A stretch of 64,000 bases of DNA from Carcharhinus amblyrhynchos (taxonomy: Eukaryota). Made by a program: the position numbers and the translations under genes. Shown here piece after piece: positions 1 to 13,199 of this stretch. Location: positions 30,690,001 to 30,754,000 of the forward strand of contig OZ336872.1 of the NCBI GenBank assembly GCA_965287045.1, read 5' to 3'. Below the pieces are notes generated by a model. That model did not search any database, was not told the origin of the DNA, and saw only the letters and a program-made list of their open reading frames with translations. Numbering within the stretch: the first letter of the stretch is position 1; the number at the start of each line of letters is the position of its first letter.

Positions 1-160
1 GCTTCCTCCTGCAGTCCAAAGGATATGCTGGTTAGATGCATTGGCCATGCTGAATTCTTCCTCAGTGTACCCAAACAGGTGCTGGAGTGTGGCAAGTATG
101 GGATTTTCACAGCAACTTCATTGGAATGTTAATGTAAGCCTACCTGTGACATTAAACTAT
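1..160 (+). mobile_element. V-SINE-like element, 3' part
   Basis: V-core 'cagtccaaaggatatgctggttag..ttggccatgct'; tail shared with 47565-47815. Confidence 0.65.
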
Positions 161-2369
161 AATGCAATCTTATTTACAAGACATGTATTGAAACTTTGTA
201 ATTAGCATTAACACTGACAAGATGTACTTGACATTTTTGATGCTAAGACCTGTTATTATGCAATCTTGAGCCCCATCAGTGGTGTCTTCACACCCTACCA
301 TGTTCTCTGGTTTTTATTTCCACTAAAGAATAGAGCAAACTGTAACTGGAATAGCTACACTACCTGTGCATGAAGTTTCTATTTAAAAGCCAAGCACAGT
401 TCTAAAAATATGGTGAATGGAAACTGGAAAACAATGACTCTGAAGTGCTTTGCTGCTGCAGCTGTCACATGTTCAGTAGTGCATTTAAGTCCAGTGCCCT
501 GGACATCTTAAAGGTTTCAGCTTGACATTTGTAATGTATTTAAATGGTGTTTTTTCTGTTTAGTTTACAATGGTAGAGGAACACTTAAAAGGTGACTCCA
601 ATTACCTTTTAAATATTGAGTGAGCAGATGAATAGCCTAAAGGAAACTAGGAAGTGTATAATCTAGCATTTTAAAAAGAAAACTCGCCCAATCTTTAAAT
701 GACTCATTCTTGTCTACACTTTTGGATAATGTTGCTATGTCAACGTAGATGGTTTAGAATTTTAAATAGCTACAGTTTAAAAGCTCACCCCTTTGCCTGC
801 AGTGTGCGCCTGAGAAATCCCTTCAAACTGCAACTGTGGTGCACAAGAGTATTGATTTTAATACCTTCTTAAATTGAGAGGAAACACGAGTGATCCCTTT
901 TGGAGAATTTAAGACAACTTGAAGCATCAGCCTTTTTTACTGTTTTTGTCCTGCCCTTTTGAAACTTGTACAACTTAAATTTTGCAATGTTTTTTTATTT
1001 TCCTGGATGTTTGGCCGCTTCGCTTTATGATTTGAAATCAGTTATAAAGAAACTAATGTCTTGAGGTTTGGACCTTGTGGTATGGCATTTCTTTCCTCTC
1101 TACCTGATAATGATGTAGAATTCATTCATGGGAAAGCAAGACTGCTCCAAATAAAGATGTCTCCACCTAGAATCTTTCTTGCTCAGTCACTGAGCAGGAG
1201 TGTTAGATGGAGTGACAGCCACACTAAGGAAGGGGAGGAATTCATACCCTAGAGCAAATTGCAGCCTTGCTTGCAACTGATGGGGAGCCAGGTAGACGGA
1301 TCTTGGTGAGGTTCAGAAACAGGTCCTGCAGACACTAACCTGTCCGATTAAGTTATGTATTTGTAAGGATGGTGAATGGTTCCAATATAGACCAAGACCA
1401 TAGTTCAGAAGACTGCCCAAGAAGAGGGAAAGTAGACTAGGAATGGGGTGGGGGCATGGGTGTCAGGTGGCACCCTTGCAAATTAAAATCTGAATGACCT
1501 GTTGCCAGGGTGAGGGACATCTACCCGCAGCTGCAGGGTAAATCCAATTGCTGTGTTAAATGTCAGAACAAAGCATTGAATCAAAGGCATTAGTTATGGC
1601 AGTTTTGGGTGTCCTTTTTTAAAAATGTTTCATTAGATGACTGGGCTTGAAGCTTGAGTCGTGATGGAGACTTGGGATGATTTTCTTCCCATTTGAGAAA
1701 GGAAAGAGGATGAGAGCCATTTTTATGAAGGCTGTCTTTGCTTTGGAATCTAAGCCTCAGGATGGTAGGAATGGCTTCACTTAATTGAGAATGGAATGGT
1801 TTACCTGGGGAACAATGAGGCAGGCAATTGCTGCTTTTCAAGAAAAATTGAGTGGTGAATATGATACAGGGTGGGAGTGCATCGCAATGTTCTGGGTCTT
1901 GTTCTACACCAGAACCCCTGCCCTTCAAATACATGAAGACACACGTTGGTAAAATGGTTAATCATAAATAGAAATCTTTTCCAATACTATTGAAATGATC
2001 CTTCCTGCTTCATGTTGGCTGTGGTCACTTAATTCAATTATTTGGAGGAGATGTAAAACTAGCTTGCACCTGTCCAGGCTTGCTTTTTGAGGCTTGGTTT
2101 GTAACTTTAGTACTAATGCAGACAGTCGAAAATGGTAAGCAAACAAAAGAATTTCAAGCTTTCATGTGATAAAAAGAGCCTGAGCTCATTCTGCAGCCTA
2201 ACTACTTGTGTTTCCAGCATTTGCTTTTTCTTCCAGAAGTGGTGCTATGTTGTGATCTGGCTGCACCATGGAATGAAGCATTGAATTTGCACATGAATTT
2301 TAGCCCACCATTGACTGCAATGTTATCTACTTAGAACTTGTCAACTACATCCTGTAAAACAAATGTGCT

Positions 2370-2755
2370 GTTTGGAGGGGAGATTGCAAGTGATGTTTCC
2401 ATGTATCTGCTTTCCTCCCCTTTCTAGGGAGTAAGAGGAGGTGGTGGGTTTGGCAGGTGCTGTCAGAGCTTTGAGTTGTTGCAATGCACCTTGTTGGTAA
2501 TACTGCAGACACTTGTGGTAGATGGAGTGACTGCTCTGTCCTGAACAATGTCAACTTGTGTTGGTGGAGCTGCACTTGTCCAGCAACCAATGAGTATTGC
2601 AGCGCTCTCCAGACTTCTACATTATAGATGGTAGGTGAGCTTTGAGGAATCAGGAAGTGAGTTAATTGCTGCAGGATTTCTGGCCTGCTTTCATGGCCAT
2701 GGTATTTGTGGCTGATCCAGTTTGGTTTCTGGTCAAAGTGAACACCCAGTATAGG
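2370..2755 (-). mobile_element. L2/CR1-group LINE fragment, same family as 31420-32110
   Basis: Shared blocks 'ttgcaagtgatgtttccatgtatctgct', 'gagctgcact..ccag' and 'tagatggt..ctttgagga.tcag'. Confidence 0.55.
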
Positions 2756-4669
2756 GTATTAATCTAATTGAGGAAATGTAAATCTAATAGTCAGTTGGGT
2801 CAGCAGTTTAAAATTGAGCAAAGCACTTGAGTTCTATAAGCACTGTTCATTAACAATGACAAAGGCGTAGAGTTTGAGCTTGTTCCTGTGGAATTGGTGA
2901 TGCATCCTATCCAACTGATTTGCATTCTGAAATTTATGCATTTGAATGTGCAAGTAAACCCATTATAAAGTCTAGAGGATAAACATAATTAACACTTTTT
3001 TGAGTAACTTCCTGTCTCTGTGTAGTTACATTCCTTTAATCCAGAGATCTCAATATTGCTGAGCAATAAGTTTGAAAAGAAATGTTGCTTTTGTGTATCT
3101 GGAAGATATTGAGCAAATGAGCAACAATTTGTGATTCAGTTCTGCATTTCTGAAATTCTTGAAGCTTGTGGAAAATGTCTGCCTATTAAAGTCTATAAAC
3201 ATAGAAATATCTGGGGAGTGGGGGAAAGGTAAAGGTGGGTGGGGTGTGAGTGGGAATGTAGAGTTCTAATTAAAATCAAATCATCCATGATCTTATTGAA
3301 TGGCAGAGCAGCTTCAGGGCTTTGTAGCCTACTAATGTTCATAGATGTTTAGTATCAAGTTAAAACTTAGTATCCAATTTTCTGAAGTGTTTTCAGTTTG
3401 AAATATTCAGATTTTTGGGAAAGGAGTAGGTTGCACATCTACAAGTGGGATAATTGTTTTGAAGCTCATGGCTCCATTTAGCTGGATAATTCTATTAAGG
3501 TGGATAGCATTTGCTGACACTTTTGTAAAGTTAGTGAAAACAAAGAATTTAAGGGATTTGTATTGGTTAATAGAAAAGTGATATAATTTTGAGTTTGGAT
3601 AATCAGGGAAAAATTAAATTAATGTGGGGGTTGGTTCAGTTCTGACTGTTTAGAGAGATTATGGTGTGAAGAGTAAATAAACTGACAGTGGTTGCTCAGC
3701 AACTGGGGGACTTGTAAGGTAAAAAGCTTAAGTTTTTGGCTAGTATATTGTAGTTGAGGAAAGACAAAGTGAACATCTTTCAACTCTGCCAGTCAAATTT
3801 GGACAGGAGCTGCAAAGAGGCTTCCATTAGAACCAGATAACCAGGGAATTGAGGCAGTGTCTTAAGACTGAAGTCAAGCGACCAAGGTCGTCTGAAGAAT
3901 TCAAGGAAGAGTAAACAAATGAGCTAAACAATTGCAGTAACCAAATTTAGTGGGAGCAGAATCGGGCAAATCAAAAGTTTGATTTTAGTCTGAGAATGGA
4001 GAGTTAAAGCAGTTGCAAACAGTTTGTATAGCAGTCCAGAAAAAAATCCTAAAGGAATGGCTTAGAACCTGCATCTGCAGAAACTTTAAGTTCATTTGGA
4101 AAACCTGGACTGGATTTTAGAATGCCAACCACCTAATGTGGAGAAGGTTTTAATGTGTTTTAGGAGTGGAGTTTGGAAATTGAAGATCATGTGGGGGAAT
4201 TGAGGAAAAAATCCATAGAGTTCAAAGAGGAGTCTATTTGACCACAACCAATCTGTTTAAACGGACTTAGTTACTGAATCACTGTAGTTTAAGATGTACT
4301 TTGTAATTCGTGGTAATCATAAAATCAGTGTATTTAAGTTGAGGGGCAAGTTGCATTACAACCCAATTCTTACATTTTTAATGTTTTCTCTTTGCTTAAA
4401 ACTAATTAGTCCTGTGACTATTCTACACTTGCAGTCTTTTGAGCCAGAGTTCCATTCTGGGATTTCTTCCACGTCAGTTATAACACTAGGACTGTAACAG
4501 TGATCTCTCCAGAGACAGTAATAGTTCCTTATGCACAAATTTTATTTTTTCTGATGGCTATCTAGTGGGATTACATGAGTTTCAAGTGAGACTCTTACTG
4601 TAATGAAAACAACATTGACTCACCATTATTATTCAGTACACAACTACAGAAAAGGTCCTCCTGTGATCA

Positions 4670-4968
4670 TGTGGCACTGTGATTAACACTACTGCCTCAC
4701 AGCACCATGAACCCAAGTTTGATTTCAGCAATGGGTTCTGAGTCTGGGTTTCCTTCAGGTGCTTGGCTTCCCTCCCACAGTCCAAAGATGTGCAGGTTAG
4801 GTGGATTCATCATGTTAAATTGCCCCTTAGTGCCCCAAAATGTGTAAATTGGGGGGGATTAGCAGGGTAAATGCATGGGGTTATGGGGATAGGGTCTTGG
4901 TGGGATGCTTTGTTGGAGTCACTGCAGACTCACCAAATTGCATCCTTCTACACTGTAGGAATTCTACT
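4670..4968 (+). mobile_element. HE1/V-SINE-like tRNA-derived SINE
   Basis: A/B-box-like head plus core 'ttccctcccacagtccaaagatgtgcaggttaggtgg'. Confidence 0.8.
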
Positions 4969-5194
4969 GTAGACATTTAATGAAAATTCCATGCAATGTT
5001 TACACCATCCCTTTTTGTTTCCAGATAATTGAACATTTGACATTTTCTTCAGTGGCTTGCTTCCTTTTTTCTAGGAAACTTTTCTAATCGCAGAACTGAT
5101 TAGGCAACTTTGTTTCGAATGCCAGAGCTGACTTTGAATGTGTGATTACGCTGGAGATTGCTCCTTGCTACCCAGGTGTGAGCATCTTGCGCCA

Positions 5195-5262
5195 ACTCCA
5201 GTCTGAGTGGCTTGATTGCCACTCAGACTGGAGTGGCTTGTTCCATAGTTGGAACAAGCCAC
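5195..5262. repeat. Two adjoining perfect inverted repeats (17-bp and 13-bp stems)
   Basis: ACTCCAGTCTGAGTGGC-ttgatt-GCCACTCAGACTGGAGT and GTGGCTTGTTCCA-tagt-TGGAACAAGCCAC. Confidence 0.9.
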
Positions 5263-5654
5263 ATGTCACCTTTTGTTTTAATATAAAATGAACTTTACAT
5301 TTGTCAGTGTTCCAGATTTTTTTAAAAACTGAGCAATGTGTTTAGTGTGCAGGATATGTATTCTGTGCAACAGCTTTGAAATGCCTAACTTGTATGGCTA
5401 AACTTGACTGTTTAATTTTGGACTCCATGTATGGAAATTTCCCATATACTGAGCAAAAAGCTCCTATCTTTAAGATTAAGACTAAATATAGTGACCATTT
5501 GTGAGGTATGACCATGATCTTGCTGAACCCTGACAATGTTCAGTAGTAGGTGAAGTATCATGTAGTCCTGGTAATTTTCAGGAGCAAAATTTTTCTTGAC
5601 TTTGTGCTAAGGATGAAATTCAGTGTTAAAGATGGGGTTTTAACTTTTCCCTTG

Positions 5655-5850
5655 TCTGGTCCAAAGATGTGCAGATTAGATTGGCCATGTTAAATTGCCC
5701 CTTGGTGTCCAGATTGTTTAGGTGAGGGGCAAATACGTGGAGTTACAGGATAGGGTGTAAGGAGTGGATAGGCATGGGAAAGATGCTCTGTTAGCAAGTT
5801 GTAGACTTGATGGACAGAACAGCCACCTTCTACACTTTAGGATTCTGATT
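5655..5850 (+). mobile_element. HE1/V-SINE-like SINE, 3' half
   Basis: 'gtccaaagatgtgcagattagattggccatgttaaattgccc' through 'aggattctga'. Confidence 0.7.
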
Positions 5851-7179
5851 TAACATTTGAGTCCCCTCGCCTAAATTGGTGTATAGGTACACTTTTTGTG
5901 GAAATTGATGTTGACTTCTCATCGTCCCATGTCTCCATGTCGTCTGCATTTGCCTCTTGATTCCACTGAAAACTGCCAATACTGTACTGAGCTATTATTT
6001 GAGAACTATTATCCCTAAAATGCATTGAATTGCTCCATGGTGCCACTTCAACCTAGGTATCTAAAATAAACTTTGACCTTTTTTCTGTCCTGGTGCAATT
6101 ATGTCAAACCTAACTACTCCCAAAATTGTTATGAAATGTCTCCTCTACCATGCAGCCAGAGCGAGGGGAGGGAGTGGCAATATTGCAACAGAAGTTCTTG
6201 GAGTTTGCCCAAGTGCAGTGATGTATTTTGAGAACAGCCATTTTCTTAAAACCAGACCAATCTGTCATCTGCATTTGTAGGTATTTTGCGGCAAAACTAG
6301 AGAAATCTATGTACGCAATTGTAGTTTCAAACCCTAGTGTTAAATTATACACCTGCTGTTTTAGTCCCAATGACTCTACATGTGTTCTGAATTTACTGTT
6401 ATCCAATCTGTAATCAATATATAGTCACCACAGGTCTTCTGGCACCTCCCAGTCAAAACCTTGAAAACCAAAGGCAGCAGATGCATTGCCATTGCCTCAA
6501 GCCTCATCCTGATTTGGACATGTATCACTTTGTCTTTGTCAAAATCCTACTGTGGGAGCTGTTTTCAGTACATGGGAGTGGTTTCTCTTGATCTATAAAT
6601 ATTTCAGTACGTGGGAGTGCAGGGGCTTAAGGTCCACCAACTTTGTAGGGATGAAGAGCCATGCAAGCACTGTCATTGCAGACCATATTGAGAATTTAAA
6701 TAGCTTTCTTTTGATGTGATGCTTGCTTGGGTTAAACATTTAACCCAATGGAGCTTTTCCCATTGACTGTCAAGTGAGACTTTTAACCATTTGGTTTACA
6801 AAATCAATTGGTCACCAGAAATATTTGATTCCGGATGTCATGAAGATTTTGTCTCAACGTTTGTTTTGATGGGATGTTGGAAGAAACTTATCTTTCAGTT
6901 ATTTGAAATAAGTTGTGTTTGCAATAAGTAGCACATTATATCAGGAGCAGCATTGCAAAGTAACATTCAGCTGTGTTTTATGTACCAGGTTTGTGAAACC
7001 ATTTGAGAGCTTAAGAAATACAAGTGGAGATTTTGGGCAATGCTCTCTACTTGAAGCAGTAACCTCTTGTCAAAGACTCCTTATGGAAAGGCTTGCTATA
7101 TCTAGGCAACTTTAAACATTAAGTGCCTCCTGACTGAGTTCAGCCAAAAATTAATGGGGCTTCATGGCTAAATTTGAAC

Positions 7180-7466
7180 GTCATGTGGAGATGCCAGCTT
7201 GTGATTGGGGTAAACACAGTAAGAAATCTCCATCAGGTTAAAGTCCAACAGGTTTATTTGGTAGTAAACCCTGCTAGCTTTGGGAGCGCTGCTCCTTTGT
7301 CAAGTGAGCATTCTAATCAGTATTCTGTAAACTGTGCCTTTATATGCCCTGTTTGTGATCAGAACTCCCCACTCACCTGATGAAGGAGCAGCACACAAAG
7401 TTAGTGGGGTTTACTACCAAATAAACCCATTGGACTTTTAACCTGGTGTTGTGAGACTTCTGTCTG
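7180..7466. mobile_element. Fold-back Penelope-like short element, copy A
   Basis: Inverted arms ~7221-7308 and ~7372-7461; direct repeat AATTTGAAC at 7171-7179 and 7467-7475. Confidence 0.75.
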
Positions 7467-7571
7467 AATTTGAACAGCAGAAAAGCATACAATGTCTTGA
7501 TCTTTGGGGAAAATGGCCTTTGTGTAACTTTGTCATTTTTGTAAAATGACATCCTCCGTTCCAATTATCAT

Positions 7572-7855
7572 GAACATAAGAACATAACATAAGAAATAGG
7601 AGCAGGAGTAGGCCATCTAGCCCTTCGCGCCTGCCCCGCCATTCAATAAGATCATGGCTGATCTGTCGTGCCTCAGTTCCACATTCCTGCCCTCTCCCCA
7701 TAACCCTTAATCCCCTCTCATCAAAAACCCATCAACCCGCGTCTTAAAAATATTTAGTGAGGCAGCTTCCACCACTTCAACGGGCAGAGAATTCCAGAGA
7801 TTCACCACCCTTTGAGTGAAGAAGTTCCTCCTCAACTCCGTTCTAAACCGTTTCT

Positions 7856-7886
<31 letters not shown>

Positions 7887-8169
7887 CTTTATCTTGAGGC
7901 TGTGCCCCCTAGTCCTACTGTCCTTTCTGAGCGGGAAGAGTCTCTCCACCTCGATCCTATCCATCCCATTCATCATCTTATGTCTCAATGAGATCTCCCC
8001 TCATTCTTCTAAACTCTAATGAGTACAAGCCTAGTTTATTCAGCCTCTCCTCATAGCTCAACCCCCTCAACTCCGGTATCAGCCTAGTAAACTTCCTCTG
8101 TACTCCCTCCAAGGCCAAAATATCCTTGCGTAAGTACAGCAACCAAAACTGCACACAGTACTCCAGCTG
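7572..8169 (-). mobile_element. Young CR1/HER1-like LINE, 5'-truncated 3' end (copy 1)
   Basis: Minus-strand peptides LEYCVQFW...[10 protein letters not shown]...RTRGHSLK...FFTQRVVNLWNSLP; tail gaacataagaacataacataagaaatagg. Confidence 0.93.
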
Positions 8170-10345
8170 GATTGAGGTTCTTAAATATCTTGGTCCATAG
8201 GAGTGATTCTGGATCTGTTCTTGATGTGAGTTTGGTGTTACTGATTGCATTCCCACTACCAGACAAAATGAAGCTCTTAGTGGCAGAAACAAGTGAATAC
8301 CTTATGCTAAAATGTTAGTTGGTGCATGAGCAAACTGAACTTGAACTATTTTAATTTAATGCAATGAACCCCAAGTGGAACAATAGGTAGATGAAAGGAA
8401 TGCTAACTCTTTTTTGACACTACTGGACTGGGTGCATACCTGATGCTAGTTGTGATTTTTTTTTTGCATTTAATAACACAGCCATGCCCATTAAGTGCTA
8501 CCAAATGTAATTGGTGTTTTGATTTTGGCTTTTGTCCGTTTTAGTGTAGTAGCAATAACTGGGTGTCAGAAAGTAGTCTATGGCTGAATGCCAAACCATC
8601 AAAATGACCTTAACATCCGCCAAAGTATTTTTATCCTGATGCTGCAGTCCTCTCCAAATCAGAACGTTTACAGTTCAAGTTGCATGTTCGCCAGTTCAAG
8701 GACTGAGCCAGATAAGTGCTCCTGTGCAATAAAATACTAATAAATTGGATAAAAACCAAGCTTGTTGTAAAGCTAGAATATGTCTGGAGCTCTGTAATCC
8801 AGACAGTTGTTGATCTCTTGGCATCTGACAATCTTGCCCTGTTGCAAGCTATATTTGTATGGAAAGCTTGCTACTCACAACTGAATCAATCCAGATAACT
8901 CTTGTACTCTGTTTTGAAATCTGATCTTTTTGGTGAAGTTTTTTAACAGACTTGGCTCTTGCCTTGAACAGAAAATTAAATGTTACTTTTCAAATGATGC
9001 AGAAGCTTTAGTGCTGCAGCACCACACCATTAATGCTGAAAGAGCAGTGGGAAGGGTTGCTGGAATGTTAACATCTGTGGAATTTCATTCTTGCAGGTCA
9101 ATATTTTGTGATCTGGTGGATCACATGTTCTTGTAAGTTAGGCTGGCCTATTGATCTAAACAAATGCCAGAGTTGAAGGGTGGGTCCTTTGCATCAAGGG
9201 AAGTAGGGAACATAAGGAGCCCAAGATAACCAGTCAATAGTGGTTGTTACAATCATGGCCATGATTGTCAGGTATAAGTAATGACTTGCAGGATATGACA
9301 ACAAGAAGTCAAGGAAATGCCTTCAGTTGCTTAATGGTTTTTCCTTTGTGTATTAGTCAGGAGTGAGACTTTACTTCAGCTCTATCAATAATCCTCCTCC
9401 AATAAAGCAGCTCAAAATAGCCTAGAAGAATCAGGATAATATTTGAGATGGTACTTCACTGAGCTGTCAACACAAACTTCCCTGATCACTTTTATATCAC
9501 TGGGGCCCTGATTGGACTGGAAAACTAAAGACACTGGTTACAATAGAAGCTTGCTTCAAAAGAAGTTGGAACATTAATATGACCCATTTATTCCCTTCAA
9601 ATCTCTCTATGCTGTTCCTCTTGACAAGTTTTTAAACTTGTAGTACTCAGTGCTATTAGCCCAAGTGCAATAATTTTAGGAGAAGAGCCATGTAATGATG
9701 CATTTTCAGAATTTCAGGGAAAAACTGGGTAGAGATCAACAGCTCACTGGCTGCCCCAGTCCCTGTGTCTTTTACATGTCTTCTAGATGTCTTCTGCCTA
9801 ATCCCCTTTTTATATTCCAATTGATTTGCCAAGCCAGATGACTCCCTGCTGCTGTTGCTTTTGCAGGTAATCAGCCCAGCTAGTCAGATAGTAACTATCT
9901 AGCTTTTCAAACATCAGTCACATTAACAAATTTAAAGGGGTTGGGTGGATAGAAGTTTGGTGCTGGCACAGAAGATTGCACTTATTTGAATTCATTCAAC
10001 TATCTCTTAAACCATTCATGTTCTAGAAAGTAGTGTACTACAATTGATCCTTCAACTGTCAGCTCTCCCCAATCTGTGTATAATCTTGATGCACAGTAAG
10101 AGTTATGCTCTTACTAATTAAAGTAAAAGGTGCTGTTTTCAGTATGAGCCAGTAGTGCTTGGTGTGCCAGATAGGCACTGTTTAAACTGTTAACTAGCTT
10201 ATCCTGAATTGCTTTTCAAACTTGTTTCAGATTATTCATTTGGATGTTCATACATTGCAATAAAGAAAATGCAACTGCTAGCTATTTCAAATAATTACAA
10301 ATAAGAATAAACCACAATGAAATTTGGGCTTGTTTAATCAGTTGC

Positions 10346-12011
10346 ATCTTTGTTTCGGTCTTCACGGAGGAGGATGTGAATAATTTGCCGGGTGTTAGCA
10401 ATGAAAAGGTGGTAGGACTGGAGGGTCTCAATGACATTGTTACTAGAGAGGCGGTGCTCGACAGACTGGAGGGACTGATTGTGGACAAATCCCCAGGACC
10501 GGATGGAATGCATCCGAGGGTTCTGAAAGAAATGGCGGAGGTGATAGTGGATGCCTTGGTTATTTTCCAGATGTCGCTGGATTCCGGGGAAGTGCCGGAA
10601 GATTGGAAAACGGCTAATGTTACGCCGTTGTTTAAGGGGGGTGCCAGGCAGAAGGTGGGGAATTATAGGCCGGTTAGTTTAACGTCTGTTGTGGGTAAAA
10701 TGTTAGAATCCATCATCAAGGAGGAAATAGCGAGGCATCTTGAGGGGAATCGCTTGATAGAGCGGACGCAGCACGGTTTCGTTAAGGGGAAATCGTGTCT
10801 GACAAATTTACTGGAGTTTTGAGGATGTGTCTAGGGCAGTGGATAGAGGAGAGCTGGTGGATGTGATCTGTCTTGATTTTCAGAAGGCGTTTGACAAGGT
10901 GCCTTGGTTATTGCAGAAGGTCAGGGGACATGGAGTTGTGGGTAGGGTGTTTAGCGTGGATAGAGGACTGGTTGTCAAATAGGAGGCAGAGAGTGGGGGT
11001 CAATGGGTGCTATTTGGATTGGCGGTTGGTAACAGTGGAGTGCCCCAGGGGTTGGTGCTGGGGCCTCAGCTATTTACCATTTATATAGATGATCTGGAGG
11101 AGGGAACCGAGTGAATGGTATTGAAATTTGCTGATGACACCAAGATTGGTGGAACGGCAAATTGCGTGGAGAGTCTGCAGAAGGATCTGGATAGGCTGGG
11201 CAAATGGGCCAGGAACTGGCAAATGGAATTTAATGTTGGCAAGTGCGAGGTGGTCCACTTTGGTAGGAAGGATTATTACTTACATGGAGAAAAACTGCAG
11301 CAGGCAACAGTGCAGAGGGACCTCGGGGTCCTTGTGCATGAGTCACAAAAACCCAGCTTGCAGGTGCAGCAGGTGGTCAGGAAGGCAAATGGGATGCTGG
11401 CCTTCATAGCGAGGGGGATTGAATATAAAAGTAGGGAGGTCTTGCTGCGGCTGTATAGGGCATTGGTGAGGCCGCAGCTGGAGTACTGTGCAGTTTTGGT
11501 TGCTGTACTTAACGCAAGGATATTTTGGCCTTGGAGGGAGTGCAGAGGAGGTTTACTAGGCTGATGCCAGAGTTGAGGGGGTTGAGCTATGAGAGGCTGA
11601 ATAAACTAGGCTTGTAATCGTTAGTTTAGAAGAATGAGGGGAGATCTCATTGAGATGTATAAGATGATGAATGGGATGGATAGGATAGAGGTGGAGAGGC
11701 TCTTCCCACTCAGGACAGTAGGACTAGGGGGCACAGCCTCAAGATAAAGGGGGGGCAGTTTAGAACGGAGTTGAGGAAGAACTTCACTCAAAGGGTGGTG
11801 AATCTCTGGAATTCTCCGCCCGTTGAAGTGGTGGAGGCTACCTCGCTAAACATTTTTAAGACATGGGTTGATGGGTTTTTGATAAGAGAGGGGATTAAGG
11901 GTTATGGGGAGAGGGCGGGAATGTGGAACTGAGCCACGACAGATCAGCCATGATCTTATTGAATGGCGGGGCAGGCTAGATGGCCTACTCCTGCTCCTAT
12001 TTCTTATGTTA
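10346..12011 (+). mobile_element. Young CR1/HER1-like LINE, 5'-truncated, frameshifted RT (copy 2)
   Basis: KSPGPDGMHPRVLKE, NYRPVSLTS, KSCLTNLLEF, KFADDTK; same 3' UTR as the other copies. Confidence 0.95.
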
Positions 12012-13199
12012 TCTTGTGATTAATCTCCATTTATTTCAGAAAAGCTACCTAATTTGACAGCTTGTTGCCTTTAGTAGGAAACAGACTAAATGCTAATATA
12101 TGGTGGTTTAATCTTTAAAAGTTACTGCAATATATTATGTTAAATAGTGGTAATTATTAGGCTGCTGCTAAGTTTATATGATGCCTTAAGAATAGAAAGT
12201 GCTGAAGTGCTTCATTAGATCATTTTCAAACAATTTGGCACTGCATCTCATGGTTTAAAAACACATGGAATTCATAATTTTGGAACCTTGGTGACGAAAG
12301 GCACATCCACCAATGGTGAAGCAATGGAAGTCTGATGTGCAGGAGACTAGAAGTGGAGGATTGCAGAGAGTTTGATTCACTTGCAGGCAGTTGGGCTCCT
12401 GATTTTTAACCTTGGAGAACACATCTGTCAATGCAACATTGTTAAAGTGTTAAAGTCCTAAAGCCCACATTCTGTGAATGTGAATGCTAAACCAAGCTAG
12501 GAGTGATGGACAGACAAAGCTTGGAAAACTGGCATGTTGTGACTGTCTAGCATCTAGATTTGATTCTAAATGACTTTGTAGTGATGGCCTGTGACAGTTT
12601 GTTGCTGATCTCTGACCAGAAGAAATTTGGTAACTGGTTGTAGTGTCCTTTTTAAGAATTCTCAATCCAGTATGTATTGTCAAGCTGGCCGATCAGCCAC
12701 AATTCTACAACAGTCAATGAGTAAAAGTAATTAAACCAATCTTAATTTTGCACAAAGTAAAATAACAATGGGAGATTCTCATGAAGTAGGAACTCCCAAT
12801 GTTGCAACATTTAGAATAAGTTGTTTTAAATCTTGTCAAAAAACTCTAATTACAACTTTTTTCAAGGCCAGATCTTTTCATCAATAGTTCTTACTATGTT
12901 CACAGCATTTTAAAAACCCTTCTAATGCCCATGAGAGCAATAAAGGGGCTCCTTATTGATGAAGAATGTGGAGTTCCAGAATCCCTTGACTGCCAACCAA
13001 AATATTCTTGATCTTAATGGGTGATCCTTATCACTGCCTTCCTGTCAGAAAAACACTCTTCTATTGCTACCCTGTCTTCTATGACCAAGCTAGTTCTGTA
13101 TGCACCTCACCAGTTCTCCTCTGATCATGTGACTTCACCTTTTCATATCACTCAATCATGAGGTACCTTGTCAAAGGCTTTGAGATTGACAATTTCCTT

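Noticed and set aside
1300-1560. Possible CR1 ORF1 esterase remnant (PVARVRDI)
   Set aside because: Only a few codons of similarity; boundaries cannot be supported.
3212-3255. G-rich tracts (also ~1445-1470 and ~29987-30012) as G-quadruplexes
   Set aside because: Common by chance, with irregular loops and no supporting context.
7572-7600. Short tandem ACATA(AG) repeats resembling an array
   Set aside because: They are the LINE 3' tail; there is no repeat-spacer structure and this is vertebrate DNA, so not CRISPR.
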